Assembly (NCBI GenBank): GCA_024704765.1
Contig: JAKMXF010000309.1
Location: forward strand, 62,001 to 126,000
Source of the DNA: Oopsacas minuta
Taxonomy: Eukaryota; Animalia; Porifera
Length of the DNA: 64,000 bases
Reading direction: 5' to 3'
Part shown: piece after piece, positions 61,601 through 64,000 of the stretch
Numbering within the stretch: the stretch's first letter is position 1
Layout of the letters: every line of letters starts with the position of its first letter
Position numbers and translations under genes: made by a program
Notes under the pieces: model-generated
Database searches by the model: none
Told to the model about the DNA's origin: nothing
Seen by the model: only the letters and a program-made list of their open reading frames with translations

Positions 61601-62313
61601 AAATCAATTCAATACTCCATTCATGTGAAATTATCTTGTGTACATGAGAGAGTTGTATGTGTGAGAATACTAACAATGCAATTAAGTGGTTGCCTATGAC
61701 GTAACCAGCTGCTGCACCTTGCATACTAGTATTGTATTGTAAAATGAGAATATCCTATATTTTTCCATTCAGAGTTATTCCTATGAGAAGATACAATACA
61801 GGACCCCAAACTATGTTCAATGCTTGGAGGAAGCGAATACCTATTTTATTGTACAAATACGCAGGATAACCGAAACATAGAATATCTGTGTAGCTACCAC
61901 TATACTCAGCTAACTCCCAATCTTGGAATACTAAGTAGACGATAGGACGGATACTAATCAAGATTGTGAATACTGGTATACAGGTGAGAGCAGACATGAA
62001 TAGAGCCCTGTAGAAGTAGTGTCCGATTTGTTTTGTATTGTTTTGCTCCATACACCTGAGAGCATAGAACATTTACGTATACACCGAAACCTTCAGCGAT
62101 TGGATAAGCTATCAGGCCAATATACACTTGACCGATAAACAAAGAGCTTAACATTAACGCTACATTACTCCCTGATGTTCTTCCAATGAATATATTACTC
62201 AATTTTATCTGTAATCCTTCTGTAAAGCATTCTATAGAAGTTGGGAGTGCCAAGGCGAAAAGGAATACTATCTCTTCCAAGATCCAATTCATTTTTAGAA
62301 CTTTCACTCCCAT
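61575..62313 (-). pseudogene. MATE copy M8: N-lobe only, two frameshifts, truncated after SDWYHTARYA
   Basis: ORFs 61954..62313, 61755..62072 and 61539..61724 tile the N-terminal half. Confidence 0.88.
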
Positions 62314-62509
62314 AACTATTGACTATTCAATAATTTTCCAAATTCTAAGTGATTTTTCTATATACAAATATTCACTATTTGATTCAATTTCTCTTGCGTG
62401 CAAAATTCTATTCTAAACTTTATAATTCTTACATTTTATCAGTGCAGATAGTTGGATTTGAAAACTTATTATTTTATTATCTTAAACCCATGAGTTCGAT
62501 ACTCAATTA

Positions 62510-62720
62510 CAATTCATTCATTTTATTTCTCCAATGAGTATATTACTCACTTTCATCTGTAGTCATTCTGTAATGCATTCTTTGACACAGGTATTGCTAA
62601 TACGAAAAGGAATACTATCTCTTCAAATATTCAATTCGTTTAATGAACATCTAATTTCATGATTGTTACTATATTATCAATTCTAAAATGAACTTTCTTT
62701 ATATTTGAACTATTTGATTC
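62510..62720 (-). pseudogene. Decayed MATE 5' stub upstream of M8
   Basis: Same stub as 52320-52530; mirrored again at 63930-64000. Confidence 0.75.
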
Positions 62721-64000
62721 AATTATTATGCACATTCCGAGCATTTACGTTCTCTATTCATGTTTCAATTATGCTTGCATTTATTTTAAGGTTCTCGAAC
62801 AGCGATGATCGTTCCGAATGATGAGCATTATTTTGTATTGAAATACCCCTGCAACATCAAAAGGATGCTTCAATAATTCTTGAAACTTGACCTTTCTATT
62901 AAATTAATACTAATTGGAGTAACATCGAGGTGAACGATCATCGCGCGTCAGACAAACTTGTATTCTATCAGTAACCCATGAGCTCGAAACTCACTGACAA
63001 TACAATCATTTCATTTTTTTCTAACTGATGATTCACACAGGATTCCGGGGCGTATGCATTAGGTCGAATTTCGGTGTTGGCATTAATTCAAATTCTGAGC
63101 GCATGCATTAGGTCGAATTCAATTTAGCTATGTTGTCGATAGATAAATATAGAAAATGGATTTATAGAAACGAGGACGTAATTGGACATTTTATTGTATT
63201 AATTATAAACCCGTACCATTGGGAGGGGATTAAGGATTTTGTTCACTACCTTATCGGTCTGGGAGTTTTCATTTGTACTCGTTATTAAGCTACCTAGGGG
63301 CGGGGATGTGGAGTCCATGCTAATTTTGTGTTTGGATGGACCTTTGTTGGATTAATTATCAGAAAAGTTTGCAAAATGGGGGATCGCTGGATTTTTTGCT
63401 TTTAAAACGTTTGTGCAGGTTTATTAGAAATTTAAGGATGTATTCCGTGTTCCTCCAAAATGAATTAGCCCTAAATGAGATATTCGCAGCTAATATCCAT
63501 TCGCTCTATCGACAACATAGCCAAAATTGAATTCGACCCAATGCATGCGCTCCGAATTTGAATTAATGCCAACACCGAAATTCGACTTAATGCATACGCC
63601 CCGGAATCCTGTGTGAATCATCAGTTAGAAAAAAATGAAATGATTGTATTGTCAGTGAGTTTCGAGCTCATGGGTTACTGATAGAATACGAGTTTGTCTG
63701 ACGCGCGATGATCGTTCACCTCGATGTTACTCCAATTAATATTAGTTTAATAGAAAGGTCACGTTTTAAGAATTATTGAAGTATCCTTTTGATGTTATAG
63801 GAGTATTTCAATACAAAATAATGCTCATCATTCGGAACGATCGAAGCTGATCGAGAACCTTAAAATAAATGCAAATATAATTGAAACACGAACAGAGAAC
63901 GTAAATAGTCTCTATGTGTATGATAATTGAATCAAATAGTTCAAATATAAAGAAAATTCACTTTAGAATTGATAATATAGTAATAATCATGAAACTAAAT
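62650..64000. repeat. Palindrome (arms ~62650-63148 and ~63503 to window end) containing the foldback element with a nested inverted-repeat insert (63045-63604)
   Basis: catcgaggtgaacgatcatcgcgcgtcagacaaac mirrored at 63690-63726; inner ccggggcgtatgcattaggtcgaatttcgg mirrored at 63575-63604. Confidence 0.85.

Noticed and set aside
40602-62313. Bacterial horizontal origin of the intronless MATE and sulfotransferase genes
   Set aside because: Lack of introns alone is insufficient. The SQAYGA motif, Ser at the N-lobe Asp position and an extra C-terminal helix fit eukaryotic SLC47-like MATEs; a phylogeny would be needed.

Overview
AT-rich eukaryotic (metazoan) genomic DNA. Compact GT-AG introns, intronless multigene families and NHL-propeller genes suggest a sponge, possibly a glass sponge; this is inference only. 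From start to end the window holds: (1) 0.5-18 kb, a cluster of five intronless ~370-aa orphan 7-TM-like genes plus a scrambled pseudogene, two of them on a ~6.8-kb tail-to-tail palindrome; (2) 22.5-29.9 kb, a spliced ankyrin-repeat TRP channel (6 exons reconstructed) with an antisense, frameshifted NHL gene inside a 3.5-kb intron; (3) 30.4-33.4 kb, a three-exon lipoyl synthase (LIAS); (4) 34-40 kb, two coiled-coil/NHL-like propeller paralogues and a GAL3ST-like sulfotransferase; (5) 40.6-64 kb, an array of nine intronless MATE/SLC47-like copies (5 intact, 4 disrupted), mostly in alternating orientation. The most striking structure is shared by both membrane-protein families. Each has one internal block that is nearly identical at the DNA level in all copies, flanked by divergent segments that reassort between copies. 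In the MATE array, foldback inverted repeats sit at the head-to-head junctions and twin hairpins mark a truncation exactly at the end of the invariant block. This looks like an inverted-duplication plus gene-conversion diversification process. Many MITEs (hAT-like, Tc1/pogo-like) and Helitron-like fragments are interspersed. I found no rRNA, tRNA or CRISPR array. Repeat boundaries were read by eye and are approximate unless stated as exact.
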